DNA from: Dehalococcoidia bacterium
GTDB taxonomy: Bacteria > Chloroflexota > Dehalococcoidia > Plut-88900
NCBI GenBank assembly: GCA_965197585.1
Contig: OZ240215.1
Location: 480,001 to 544,000, forward strand
Reading direction: 5' to 3'
Length of the DNA stretch: 64,000 nt
The notes under the pieces were generated by a model that was not told where the DNA came from, made no database searches, and saw only the letters and a list, made by a program, of their open reading frames with translations. Below, piece by piece: positions 35,650 through 45,222 of the stretch. The position numbers were made by a program, and so were the translations under genes. The stretch's first letter is position 1, and every line of letters starts with the position of its first letter.

Positions 35650-36315
35650 TTATCCCGAACTCTCCAGCAGCGCCACTTGCGTCTGGTCCGGCATGCTGGA
35701 CGCCGTCACGTGGAGACGTCGCTGGCCCTCGGGCGCCGGGACCCCCATCTCCTTCACGAACCGGGCTAACGCCTCCGACTCCGATGAGCTTGGCCCCGGA
35801 TAGTCCATCGGCACCACTATACGTGGTTCCAGGACCCTGGCTGTTTCCACCGACGCCTTCACACTCTCAGCCGTACCAATGGGCATGACCAGTACACTCA
35901 CGTCTCCCAATCGTTCCACCTGCCCCGAATCCAGCGGCCTCTGCAGGTCCCCGAGGTGGCAGACCACAATGCCCTCTACCTCTATGGCGTAAACGGTATT
36001 CCTTCCCGCAGCCCCGACACCGTCCTCATCCAGTGCGTTCTGGTACGCCGTCCCGACCCCCGTAATCAACACTTCCGAGATCTCGTACTCCCCAGGCCCC
36101 CTGATTTCCCTCCAAGGCTGCCCGTTCGATGGCGCGCTTTGGGCGTCCGGTGCGATTAGGGAAGGGGGACCGGTACGCGGGCCGCTCCACGTTACGGCTT
36201 TGACGAAGGGGGCCCGCACCACCTTGTCGTGCACCTGATCATACGGGTCCGTCACGACCCCCAAGTCACGAGACCGAATCGAAAAGCACCTTCTACCAAA
36301 CCAGATAATATCCAA
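35650..36315 (-). CDS. MBL-fold (Lactamase_B_3-like) protein with degenerate metal site
   Basis: LDIIWFG..CFSI, VTDPY, GPGEYEI, NTVY, CHLGDL, PRIVVPMDY; TTG start after a purine-rich RBS. Confidence 0.75.
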   Translation of the reverse strand: MDIIWFGRRCFSIRSRDLGVVTDPYDQVHDKVVRAPFVKAVTWSGPRTGPPSLIAPDAQSAPSNGQPWREIRGPGEYEISEVLITGVGTAYQNALDEDGVGAAGRNTVYAIEVEGIVVCHLGDLQRPLDSGQVERLGDVSVLVMPIGTAESVKASVETARVLEPRIVVPMDYPGPSSSESEALARFVKEMGVPAPEGQRRLHVTASSMPDQTQVALLESSG

Positions 36316-36382
36316 CTCTTCACCTTTCTTTCTTCTGAAAGTATAGAAAAGCCGATTGGCAGGCGCAACACTGCCGTTCAAC

Positions 36383-36411
36383 TTGACACATCTAACACCT
36401 GCTGATAAATT
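36383..36411 (+). promoter_or_regulatory. Sigma70-type promoter of hrcA operon
   Basis: TTGACA-17 nt-TAAATT with extended -10 TG. Confidence 0.75.
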
Positions 36412-36420
36412 CGATAGTAA

Positions 36421-36447
36421 CTGGCACTCCAAATCTCGGGGTGCCAA
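36421..36447 (+). promoter_or_regulatory. CIRCE operator
   Basis: CTGGCACTC-N9-GGGTGCCAA versus consensus TTAGCACTC-N9-GAGTGCTAA, lying between the promoter and hrcA. Confidence 0.88.
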
Positions 36448-36492
36448 ACCTGTATTTAGGCGGACAGCCCTACCTCTTACAAGGAGGCCTTT

Positions 36493-37512
36493 TTGTTAAC
36501 AGCAAGAAGAGAATCTGTGCTCAATGCCATCGTCGAGGGGCATATTGATACTGTCACGCCCGTGGGCTCCCAGCACATCGCCAAAAAATGGGGCAAGGCC
36601 CTCAGCCCGGCCACCGTCCGCTCCGAGATGGCCGCCCTCGAACAGGATGGATATATCACCAGACCCCACGCCTCTGCCGGGGGGCTACCCACCGACTTGG
36701 GGTACCGGACGTATATCAGGCAGTTTCTCGCCAACCCAGTGCTCGGGCCCAGGGAGAAGGGTCACATCAAGCGGCGTCTGGTACACGTGGCCATGGACCA
36801 GGAAGGGTGGGCAAGGTCTGCGGCCGAGGCTCTTTCCAGACTCACCGGCAGCCTCGCAGTAACCACCGCTCCCAAACCCTCCCGGGTTAGGCTGAAGCGC
36901 ATCGAACTCGTCCCTGTCCAAGATCTTATGGTGATGACCCTGGTGGTCCTCTGGGGCGCCAAGATACTACGCCAGATGATTTCATTAGAGCAGGACGTAC
37001 CCAGGAATGAATTGATGCGTGTCAGCAACAAACTCAACCACCTTTTCGAAGGCGTAGCCCCGTCGGCTATTGGGGATACTGATCTCGAGCTTTCACCGTT
37101 GGAGGAGAATGTGGTCCGGCTGGTCAAGGGACTCATGGAAGAAGAGGAACAGCGGGACCTGGAAGACCCCCTATTTGAAGGTCTCCAGCAAATCTTCGAA
37201 CAACCGGAACTGGCCGAGGCGGAAATCCTTCGGGATATGATGGAAATCCTGGAGGAGAGGGGCCGACTCAAGAATATAATGGAGCAGGTATACTCGGGGC
37301 CGGGGATCCGGGTGGCCATTGGCGGTGAGGTGAGGGTATCCAGGATGCGCCACTTCAGTCTTATCGTCTCCGAATATGGCGCTGCGGACGGCATAAAGGG
37401 CGTGATCGGGGTGTTTGGTCCCAAGCGGATGGCCTACCGGCGCAACATTCCCGCAGTAAACTATCTTGCACATCTGATGAGCGACTCCATACAGGAGAGC
37501 TTCCCCCGCTGA
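36493..37512 (+). CDS. hrcA: Heat-inducible transcription repressor HrcA
   Basis: PVGS, SPATVRSEMAALEQDGYI.RPHASAG..PTDLGYR, GPKRMAY. Confidence 0.95.
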   Translation: MLTARRESVLNAIVEGHIDTVTPVGSQHIAKKWGKALSPATVRSEMAALEQDGYITRPHASAGGLPTDLGYRTYIRQFLANPVLGPREKGHIKRRLVHVAMDQEGWARSAAEALSRLTGSLAVTTAPKPSRVRLKRIELVPVQDLMVMTLVVLWGAKILRQMISLEQDVPRNELMRVSNKLNHLFEGVAPSAIGDTDLELSPLEENVVRLVKGLMEEEEQRDLEDPLFEGLQQIFEQPELAEAEILRDMMEILEERGRLKNIMEQVYSGPGIRVAIGGEVRVSRMRHFSLIVSEYGAADGIKGVIGVFGPKRMAYRRNIPAVNYLAHLMSDSIQESFPR

Positions 37513-37524
37513 TCCAGCCATAAA

Positions 37525-38106
37525 ATGAACGACGCCACAAACAAAACCGAGGATCCCAAAGCCGAGCAGGATAGCGAGAAGGAGTCGGAAGGCCAGGAAA
37601 AAACGGAGGACTTGGCCTCGGCCCTGGAACAGGAGAAGGAACGGGCAGACCGGAACTTGGCCAACTGGCAAAGGGCGCAGGCCGATCTGTCCAACTATAA
37701 GAAGAGGGTCGACCAGGAGAAGCAGGACCTGGCTAAATTCGCCAACGCTGCCTTGATCGGCAGTATGCTAAACTTGGTTGACGATTTCCAGCGGGCTCGA
37801 TCTACGATTCCCGAAAGCATTCTCGGCATGACTTGGGTCGAGGGCCTGTTCCTGATAGAGCGGAAGCTCGGTGCAACCTTGGAGGCTGCGGGCCTTTCGG
37901 AAATCAAGGCCCTTGGTGAGGATTTCGACCCGAATCTGCACGAGGCCGTGATGCATGGTGACGGCCCGGAGGGCAAGATAGTCGAGGAGTTCCAGAGAGG
38001 ATATAAGCTCCACGACCGTGTTATACGGCCGGCCATGGTGAAAGTAGGGCAGGGCGAAGCGGAGGAGGAAGCCGCTTCGGGAGAAGGGCAACAAGGGTCT
38101 GCATAG
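37525..38106 (+). CDS. grpE: Nucleotide exchange factor GrpE
   Basis: RAQADLSNYKKR, FDPNLHEAV, GYKLHDRVIRPAMVKV. Confidence 0.96.
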   Translation: MNDATNKTEDPKAEQDSEKESEGQEKTEDLASALEQEKERADRNLANWQRAQADLSNYKKRVDQEKQDLAKFANAALIGSMLNLVDDFQRARSTIPESILGMTWVEGLFLIERKLGATLEAAGLSEIKALGEDFDPNLHEAVMHGDGPEGKIVEEFQRGYKLHDRVIRPAMVKVGQGEAEEEAASGEGQQGSA

Positions 38107-38156
38107 GGCTCTTATTGCAAACGACGATTGTTCTAACCTGAGATAATTAACATCTT

Positions 38157-39278
38157 ATGACTACTAAGGCCGACTACTACGACCTGCTGTCAGTGCAACG
38201 GAACGCCACTCCTGAGGAGATTAAGAAGGCGTTTCGTCGGCTCGCGCTCAGGTACCACCCCGACCGAAACAAGAGTCCCGACGCTGAGGACAGGTTCAAA
38301 GAGATCAACGAGGCATACGAAGTCCTTAGCGACCCGGATAAGCGGGCCGCCTATGACAGGTTTGGGCACGCAGGAACGGCGGGTGGCGGGTACGGCCGAG
38401 GATTTGAAGGCATGGGCGGATTCGGGGGGTTCGGGGATATTTTCGAAGCCTTCTTCGGCTCCAATGCCGGCGCCAAGTCCGGGCCCCAGCGCGGCGCGGA
38501 CATCCACCAGACGGTAACGATTTCCTTTGAGGACGCTGTTTTCGGCACCGAGCGCAACGTCGAAGTGCAGAGGACTGAGGTCTGCAAGACGTGCCGCGGG
38601 TCCAAAGCGGAACCCGGCACAGAGGTTGTCACCTGCTCCACTTGTAACGGAAGTGGGAGCGTCAGGAGAGTACAACAGAACCTGTTCGGTCAGTTCGTTA
38701 ACGTCACTGCCTGCGACCAATGCCGCGGCGAGGGGCGTGTCGTACCCACGCCTTGCAGCCAGTGTCGTGGGGTGGGGCGGACGAAGATGTTCAGAAAGAT
38801 AGCTGTGCAGATTCCCGCCGGTGTGGAGGATGGCACTCAGGTCCGGCTTACCAGAGAGGGCGATGCAGGGACACGCGGCGGAGCTCCGGGCAACCTCTAC
38901 GTAACGGTCAAGGTACAGAGGCATGAGTACTTCAGCCGAGATGGCGACGAAGTCGTGCTTGAATACTCCGTCAACTTTGCCCAGGCGGCCCTCGGGGACG
39001 AGGTGGAAGTTCCTACCATCGATGGCATTGTCATGCTCAAAGTGCCATCGGGCATCCAGACAGGTACGGCGCTCAGGTTGAAAGGCCGGGGCGCTTACCG
39101 GTTACGGGGTGGGGGGAGGGGTGACCAGATCGTCAACATAAACGTAAGGACGCCCGATTCCTTGAATAAGGAAGAAGAGGAGCTGTTCCGCCAGCTAACC
39201 CTGACCCTAGACAGGCCCGGGGTCTCTAGCCGGAATGGCAGGGGGATATTTGCAAAAATCAGGGAAGTGTTCCGGTAA
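38157..39278 (+). CDS. dnaJ: Chaperone DnaJ
   Basis: J-domain HPD, G/F-rich region, four CxxCxGxG repeats. Confidence 0.97.
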   Translation: MTTKADYYDLLSVQRNATPEEIKKAFRRLALRYHPDRNKSPDAEDRFKEINEAYEVLSDPDKRAAYDRFGHAGTAGGGYGRGFEGMGGFGGFGDIFEAFFGSNAGAKSGPQRGADIHQTVTISFEDAVFGTERNVEVQRTEVCKTCRGSKAEPGTEVVTCSTCNGSGSVRRVQQNLFGQFVNVTACDQCRGEGRVVPTPCSQCRGVGRTKMFRKIAVQIPAGVEDGTQVRLTREGDAGTRGGAPGNLYVTVKVQRHEYFSRDGDEVVLEYSVNFAQAALGDEVEVPTIDGIVMLKVPSGIQTGTALRLKGRGAYRLRGGGRGDQIVNINVRTPDSLNKEEEELFRQLTLTLDRPGVSSRNGRGIFAKIREVFR

Positions 39279-39302
39279 GCGAGAGATTGAGCCGAACGCC
39301 GC

Positions 39303-39341
39303 CGGGAGGCCCGACCCTGTATTACAGGGTCGGGCCTCCCG
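39303..39341. repeat. Perfect 19-bp inverted repeat between dnaJ and prmA
   Basis: CGGGAGGCCCGACCCTGTA-T-TACAGGGTCGGGCCTCCCG; no U-tract. Confidence 0.8.
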
Positions 39342-39383
39342 CTATAAAGGCCATGTTTGAGCCCATGGCAGACTAAAAAAACG

Positions 39384-40265
39384 ATGGAATTAGTAGAGTT
39401 TTCCGTTGAAGTAGATGCTGAGTCCACGGAGCCGATCTGCGAGGCCTTTCGGAGATATGGCTGTGCTAGGATAGTCGTTGAGCAGCAAGGCCCGCCCAAT
39501 GAGCAGATCCGGCTGATGGTCAGAGCCTACGCCCCCAACGACGACTCCCAAGAGAAGCTAAGGGCGGACATGGAGGTCGTAGTCAGGCTTTTGGGGCTAG
39601 TCCGGCCTGTCGGTCCACTGCAGTACCGATTCTTAGAGGAAGAGGATTGGGCCCGAGCCTGGCGCAAGCATTTCACTATCCAGCATGTAGGCAAGAGAGT
39701 TGTAGTCTGTCCGACATGGCTTGCCTACCAGCCGCAGGATAACGAAGTCGTCATCAGCTTGGACCCCGGCATGGCCTTCGGAACGGGCGTGCACCCCACC
39801 ACCCGCATGTGCCTGGAGGCCTTGGATGGAATTGTGGAGGCGGGGATGCGCGTCATGGACGTGGGCACCGGGTCGGGGATACTGGCCATAGGCGCCGCTA
39901 AGCTTGGTGCGGCGAAGGTGACGGCCCTGGACGTGGATCCCGTAGCTGTTCAGGTGGCCCGGGAGAACGTGGGGGTTAACGGTGTTGGAGAGATTGTGGA
40001 GGTGGCAGAAAGCACGCTCTGGCACGACCCCGCCAATCCTGGTCCCAGATGGGATGTAATAGTCGCCAACATCACCGTGAACCCGATAGTAGGACTAGCG
40101 CCGCATATCGTGAACTCGCTGTCCAAGAATGGAGTTGCGGTGCTAAGTGGGCTACTAGAAGAGCAAGGTGCAGCCGTCGAGGAGGCATTCGAAGCTAATG
40201 GCGCCTCTATCGAGTCCCGGGCCACACGGAATGATTGGTTGGCCTTGGTGTTCAGTCGAACCTAG
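39384..40265 (+). CDS. prmA: Ribosomal protein L11 methyltransferase
   Basis: EEDWARAW, LDPGMAFGTGVHPTT, DVGTGSGILAI, VANI. Confidence 0.93.
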   Translation: MELVEFSVEVDAESTEPICEAFRRYGCARIVVEQQGPPNEQIRLMVRAYAPNDDSQEKLRADMEVVVRLLGLVRPVGPLQYRFLEEEDWARAWRKHFTIQHVGKRVVVCPTWLAYQPQDNEVVISLDPGMAFGTGVHPTTRMCLEALDGIVEAGMRVMDVGTGSGILAIGAAKLGAAKVTALDVDPVAVQVARENVGVNGVGEIVEVAESTLWHDPANPGPRWDVIVANITVNPIVGLAPHIVNSLSKNGVAVLSGLLEEQGAAVEEAFEANGASIESRATRNDWLALVFSRT

Positions 40266-40885
40266 GACTGGTCCTGCTCTTCCTCCGGTTCGAACTCTAA
40301 CCTGTTCTCGGCGCCGGATAGGAGCCTGCTGAAATTCTCGCGGTGAGCGTAGAAGATGATGGCGGTCGGGATGAGGGCTTGAATTAAATATGCCTTCGGC
40401 CTCTTGCCGACCAGCACGGCGATAAGGAGGCAAGCTGCTCCGACTGCTGTGCCGGAGAGGGAGCCCAGGGAGGATATTCGGAACTTTGCCATCACCGAAC
40501 CACCGGTCAGGGCCGCGATAAGCCCCGGCACAGGGGCAAGGGCCAGCAGTGCCCCGAGATTCGTGACCACGCCCTTACCCCCTTTGAACCCGCGCAATGC
40601 CGGCCAAATGTGTCCCAGCACAACCGCGAGTCCAACCAAAGCGTGCACCAGACTTGAATCGGTGGCTTTCCTCGCAATAAGCACGGGCAGGAGGCCCTTG
40701 AAAGTGTCGGTTAGCAAAACAACTGTCGAGGCCGAGGGCCCGGCTACACGGTAGACGTTGGCCGCGCCTATATTTCCGCTTCCGCGTTTCTGAATATCCA
40801 GGCCCTTCGACTTCTTGACAACTATTTTTCCTGTCGGTATCCCTCCGATCAGGTAACCTAGCAACACTAGTAATATGGCCTTCAT
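40262..40885 (-). CDS. plsY: Glycerol-3-phosphate acyltransferase PlsY
   Basis: YLIGGIP, GSGNIGAANVYR, GHIWP, FKGGKGV, HRENFSRL. Confidence 0.93.
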   Translation of the reverse strand: MKAILLVLLGYLIGGIPTGKIVVKKSKGLDIQKRGSGNIGAANVYRVAGPSASTVVLLTDTFKGLLPVLIARKATDSSLVHALVGLAVVLGHIWPALRGFKGGKGVVTNLGALLALAPVPGLIAALTGGSVMAKFRISSLGSLSGTAVGAACLLIAVLVGKRPKAYLIQALIPTAIIFYAHRENFSRLLSGAENRLEFEPEEEQDQS

Positions 40886-42195
40886 TCCTTGCGGGTTCTC
40901 CTCTGAAACTTCAACTGAATAGGCGTCCCCTCGAACCCAAACTCGTCACGGATTCGGTTCTCCAGAAACCGTTGATAGGAGAAGTGTACCAGCGCAGGGT
41001 CGTTGACGAAGAATGTGAAGGTTGGTGGGTGCGTGCCGGTCTGAGTCAAATAGAAGAGCTTCAATCGTCGGCCCCGGGCCCGGGGCAGAGGACTGGCGGT
41101 CACGGCCCTGGTCAACATTCTATTCAGCGCCGACGTGGTGATCGTTTTCCCTCTCTCCTTGAATATGGTGAGGGCCGTGGGCATTAGCTCGGAGATGCCT
41201 TGACCACACAATGCTGAGGTGTACAGAATGGGAACGTATTCACCGGCGCGAAGCCGATCTTGGATATAGGGTTGGGTGGATTTAATGTCGATCTCCAGCT
41301 CATCGGCCAGGTCCCACTTGTTCACCACCACTGCCATTCCCCGGTAAGCGTCCTTGGCGTAGCCCCAAACGTGCATGTCCTGCGCAGTCATTAGCTCCGA
41401 GGCGTCGACTACCAGCAGCACGACGTCTGCCCGGTAGATTGCCCCCATGGTGCGAAGAACGCTGTATTTCTCTATTCCGTGGCCGATCTTGCCCCGCCTC
41501 CTGACGCCCGCGGTATCTATGAGGACGATGCTTTCACCTTCGTAGTCCAGGACCGTATCGATAGCGTCCCTGGTAGTACCGGGAATTTCGCTGACGATAA
41601 CCCTGTCCTGCCCGAATAGGGTGTTCAGCAGCAATGACTTCCCCACGTTGGGCCGACCCACGATGGCGACCTTCATGGCGCCGGACTGCGGATCGGGTTC
41701 CGGAGAATCCAGGTTGGCGTCTATCCAACTTGTGACCTGGTCCAGTCCTTTTGTGTGGTATGCACTTATCGGAGTCGGGTCGCCCATGCCCAGCCGGTAG
41801 AAGTCCTGTAAAGACGCCTCTCTACGAGCGTTGTCGATCTTGTTCACAATTAGTGCGACGGGCTTGTCCGACATCCGCAGGAGGTCGGCGAGGTCTTCGT
41901 CGGCTGCAGTCAGGCCGTCTCTACCGTCCACCATGAACAAGATGGCTGCGGCCTCTGCAAGAGCGGTTTTTATCTGGTCCGTTACGCCCAGGTGAATTTC
42001 ATCTTCCTGGCGGAGATCCAAGCCTCCGGTGTCTACCAGAATAAGACTCTTGCCGTTAATGGTGATCTGAGCTGCGACCCGGTCCCGCGTGGTGCCCGGT
42101 GTGTCGGACACGATGGCCATCCGCCGCCCAACATATTTGTTGAACAGCGTCGACTTCCCGACGTTAGGACGGCCTACTATGGCTACTATAGACAT
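40882..42195 (-). CDS. der: Ribosome biogenesis GTPase Der (EngA)
   Basis: Two GRPNVGKS G-domains, GTTRD, DTGG/DTAG, KH-like C-terminus. Confidence 0.97.
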   Translation of the reverse strand: MSIVAIVGRPNVGKSTLFNKYVGRRMAIVSDTPGTTRDRVAAQITINGKSLILVDTGGLDLRQEDEIHLGVTDQIKTALAEAAAILFMVDGRDGLTAADEDLADLLRMSDKPVALIVNKIDNARREASLQDFYRLGMGDPTPISAYHTKGLDQVTSWIDANLDSPEPDPQSGAMKVAIVGRPNVGKSLLLNTLFGQDRVIVSEIPGTTRDAIDTVLDYEGESIVLIDTAGVRRRGKIGHGIEKYSVLRTMGAIYRADVVLLVVDASELMTAQDMHVWGYAKDAYRGMAVVVNKWDLADELEIDIKSTQPYIQDRLRAGEYVPILYTSALCGQGISELMPTALTIFKERGKTITTSALNRMLTRAVTASPLPRARGRRLKLFYLTQTGTHPPTFTFFVNDPALVHFSYQRFLENRIRDEFGFEGTPIQLKFQRRTRKE

Positions 42196-42228
42196 CTGAA
42201 CGAGAATACTCCCAGAGCGCTTACCGGA

Positions 42229-43143
42229 CTACGACTGGCCTAGAAGCCGCGTGAGTACTGCCTTTTGGGCATGGAGTCGATTTCCGGCCTGATCGAAGAC
42301 TACGGAGCAGGGGTGCTCCATTACCTCGTCGGATACCTCTTCGCCGCGGTGGGCAGGGAGCGGGTGCATAAATATTGCGTTATCGTCGACATGAGACAAA
42401 AGCTCAGCATTGACTTGATAACCGGCAAAGTCCCGTAGTCGCCGCTCTGATTCTGCCTCTTGGCCCATGCTTGTCCAGACGTCGGTGTAGATAACATCGG
42501 CGCCGGACACTGCCTGCGCGGGATCGGGGTTAATGTCGAAAACTCCTCCACTCTTGGCGCCGAGCTCTTTTATTGTACTGACGGTCTCGGGAGGAAGGAG
42601 ATAGCCTTCGGGCGCTGCCATGGTGAAATTAGCCCCGACCAGCAGCGCTCCCAGGGATAGGCTGGCCGCCATGTTGTTGCCATCGCCGACATAGGTGATG
42701 TTTAGGCCCCCGAGCTTGCCTTTGTGTTCGTAGATGGTTAGCAGATCGGCTAGGACCTGACACGGGTGCTCACCGTCGGAGAGGCCGTTGATAACGGGCA
42801 CCGAGGCGAATCGAGCCAAGTCTACAACGGTCTGGTGACGCCGTGTCCGGGCAACTATGCCGTCAACGTAACGGCTCAGCACGCGGGCTACGTCCGACGC
42901 CGGCTCTCTCGTCCCGAGCCCTATCTCCTGAGGAGACAGGTAGATGCACTGACCGCCCAGCTGCCGCATCCCCACGTCGAAGCTGGCCCTTGTCCGAAGA
43001 GAGGGCAGCTCAAAGACCAGGGCCAAGGAACAGCCCTCCAAAAGACTGGTATTGCGCTGTTTTTTTAGCTCAACGGCACTGTGTATAAGATCCCAGACCT
43101 CGGGCCCGGTGAGGTCGGCCATGGAAAGCAGGTCTTTGTCCAT
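42229..43143 (-). CDS. argF: Ornithine carbamoyltransferase
   Basis: SLRTR, HPCQ, GDGNN, WTSMGQE, HPLP. Confidence 0.93.
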   Translation of the reverse strand: MDKDLLSMADLTGPEVWDLIHSAVELKKQRNTSLLEGCSLALVFELPSLRTRASFDVGMRQLGGQCIYLSPQEIGLGTREPASDVARVLSRYVDGIVARTRRHQTVVDLARFASVPVINGLSDGEHPCQVLADLLTIYEHKGKLGGLNITYVGDGNNMAASLSLGALLVGANFTMAAPEGYLLPPETVSTIKELGAKSGGVFDINPDPAQAVSGADVIYTDVWTSMGQEAESERRLRDFAGYQVNAELLSHVDDNAIFMHPLPAHRGEEVSDEVMEHPCSVVFDQAGNRLHAQKAVLTRLLGQS

Positions 43144-43205
43144 TACGCTCCTTGGGAAGGGTCGAAATAAGGTATGCGGAGAGACAAAAGAGCGAGATTC
43201 GCCTT

Positions 43206-43679
43206 TTAGTTCTCCTGATCAGATATGACGGGGTGGGGGAATAGGGTTCGGAAGTTGGCAGGGCCACCAAGTCGGGTCTGGCAGGCGGTGCACACCACGT
43301 ACACCTCAATCCGATGCCCGACTACTGTGCCCTTGCCGGAGGCTTCCCACTCAGAAAGAAGCTGCTCAATCTCCGACTCGTGGAACTCGGAGACGAGACC
43401 GCATGATACGCAGACAAGATGGTGATGGTGCCCGCTCATGGTCAGCATGTAACGGGGCGATCCGTCCGGTAGGCTTATCTTGCAAAGGAGGCCTTGCTCA
43501 ACCAGCAGTTTTATCGTCCGGTAGACCGTGGCCCTTCCAACACCATTTAGCTCCGCGTGGAGCTCTTCGGCTGTGAAGTTGGTGTCTTTCTCCGCTATGC
43601 TCGCGATCACCCGTCGGCGCGGGTGAGTAATCCGGTAGCGACGGCCTCCAATGGCATCAATAAGCGTCTGCGAGTCCAT
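43206..43679 (-). CDS. Fur family transcriptional regulator
   Basis: GRATVYRT, HHHHLVCVSCG, C-terminal CTAC. Confidence 0.92.
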   Translation of the reverse strand: MDSQTLIDAIGGRRYRITHPRRRVIASIAEKDTNFTAEELHAELNGVGRATVYRTIKLLVEQGLLCKISLPDGSPRYMLTMSGHHHHLVCVSCGLVSEFHESEIEQLLSEWEASGKGTVVGHRIEVYVVCTACQTRLGGPANFRTLFPHPVISDQEN

Positions 43680-43723
43680 ACTAAATTGCGGGGCCCATAG
43701 TTAACATAACGAAACAGATGTAA

Positions 43724-44029
43724 CTACCACTTCTCATCTTCGGGATATACGCTGTTGCAGACGGCAACTTCGTAGGGCGTTGCGAACCAGTTCTCCGTGG
43801 CCTTTTCCCAACGCTGGAAGTGTGGGGTCTTTATGTGTGCATCCTCGGCGTTGGAGTCCGCGTAGACCTCGTAGAGATAGAAGCGTGTAGGGTTGTCCGT
43901 GTCTACCAGCACTTCCCACCTGGAACAGCCCGGTTCGGTAACGGAACCCCTGGCATTTAGTATGGTCTCGGCGATGAATTTGTCCCGGTACTCGGGCTTA
44001 ACGTCTATGGTGACCACATCGATTCGCAT
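43724..44029 (-). CDS. ABM/putative quinol monooxygenase (LsrG-like)
   Basis: NARGSVTEPGC.RWEV, FYLYEVY, HIKTPHF; GGAGG RBS. Confidence 0.85.
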   Translation of the reverse strand: MRIDVVTIDVKPEYRDKFIAETILNARGSVTEPGCSRWEVLVDTDNPTRFYLYEVYADSNAEDAHIKTPHFQRWEKATENWFATPYEVAVCNSVYPEDEKW

Positions 44030-44199
44030 GGTTCCTCCGGGTCTGTGATTATCTGTTCTTATATTGTACACCCCTATGTATAGAGGGAATGTTTAGCCTT
44101 AGAGAACGGAGAGCGATTGTTGACGGCAAATTTCGGCCTAAGTATGATGGCTATCGAAGGACGGGAGGTTTCGCATTCGAGCCGCGACGAGGTTTAACC

Positions 44200-45183
44200 A
44201 TGCCAGAAGTTCACGCCATGCCGGATAAAGAAACGGCGCTATCACTCTACGAAGGGATGGTCACCATCCGGGAGTTCGAGGAGCGGGCCCGGCGCGAGGG
44301 TGACGCCGGAAAGCCAGTCGGAGGCATACATTCCTCCGTCGGCCAGGAGGCGGTCGCCGTCGGGATTTGTCATTGCCTACGCAAAGACGACTACGTTCTT
44401 GGGAATCATCGGAGTCATCACCACTGTCTGGCCAAGGGCGTGGACATGAAGGAGATGATGGCCGAGCTGATGGGCAAGGCCACCGGAACCAACAAGGGCA
44501 AGGGCGGCACCATGCACATCGCCGACAAGAATGTCGGGATGCTGGGAGCCAACGGCGTGATAGGCTCCAACGTTCCGGTGGCAGCGGGCGCGGCGTTGAG
44601 CGCAAAGATTCGGGGCACAGACCAGGTTGCTGTGGTGTTCTTCGGGGATGGGGGGGCCAACCAGGGCGCCCTCCACGAAGCCATGAACCTGGCAGCCATC
44701 TGGAATCTGGGCGTGATATTCGTCTGTGAAAACAACCGTTACGCTGAGTCTACGCCGGTGGAATATTCGCTGGCTGGAGGGTCGGTGGCTAATCGGGCTT
44801 CGGCTTACGGGATCGTAGGAGAGACGGTGGATGGGCAGGACGTGCTGGACGTTTCGGCGGCCATGGAAAGGGCGGTGAACAGGGCTCGGGCCGGGGAAGG
44901 GCCGAGCATCATTGAGGCCATGACCTACCGTTACTATGGCCACCACGGCGCCGATGACCCCCTCCGCTACCGCACAAAGGACGAGGAAGATTACTACCGC
45001 AACCGAGACTGCATCGTCACATACAAGACCAGGTTGCTGGATGAGGAGTTGAGCACCGGGGGGGAGTTGGAGAATATCGACGCCTCAGTATTGGTGTCGT
45101 TGGACGAGGCGGTGCAATTCGCGGATGACAGCCCTTGGCCCGATCCTGAAGAACTGCTGGCTGACGTGTACGTGAGCTACTAG
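44200..45183 (+). CDS. TPP-dependent dehydrogenase E1 alpha (acetoin/pyruvate dehydrogenase type)
   Basis: GQEA, NHRSH, GKGGTMH, TPP motif GDGG...ENN, TYRYYGH. Confidence 0.93.
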   Translation: MPEVHAMPDKETALSLYEGMVTIREFEERARREGDAGKPVGGIHSSVGQEAVAVGICHCLRKDDYVLGNHRSHHHCLAKGVDMKEMMAELMGKATGTNKGKGGTMHIADKNVGMLGANGVIGSNVPVAAGAALSAKIRGTDQVAVVFFGDGGANQGALHEAMNLAAIWNLGVIFVCENNRYAESTPVEYSLAGGSVANRASAYGIVGETVDGQDVLDVSAAMERAVNRARAGEGPSIIEAMTYRYYGHHGADDPLRYRTKDEEDYYRNRDCIVTYKTRLLDEELSTGGELENIDASVLVSLDEAVQFADDSPWPDPEELLADVYVSY

Positions 45184-45222
45184 GGAGAATCGACAGAGCA
45201 GTCGCTGGTAAAGGTGGACAGT

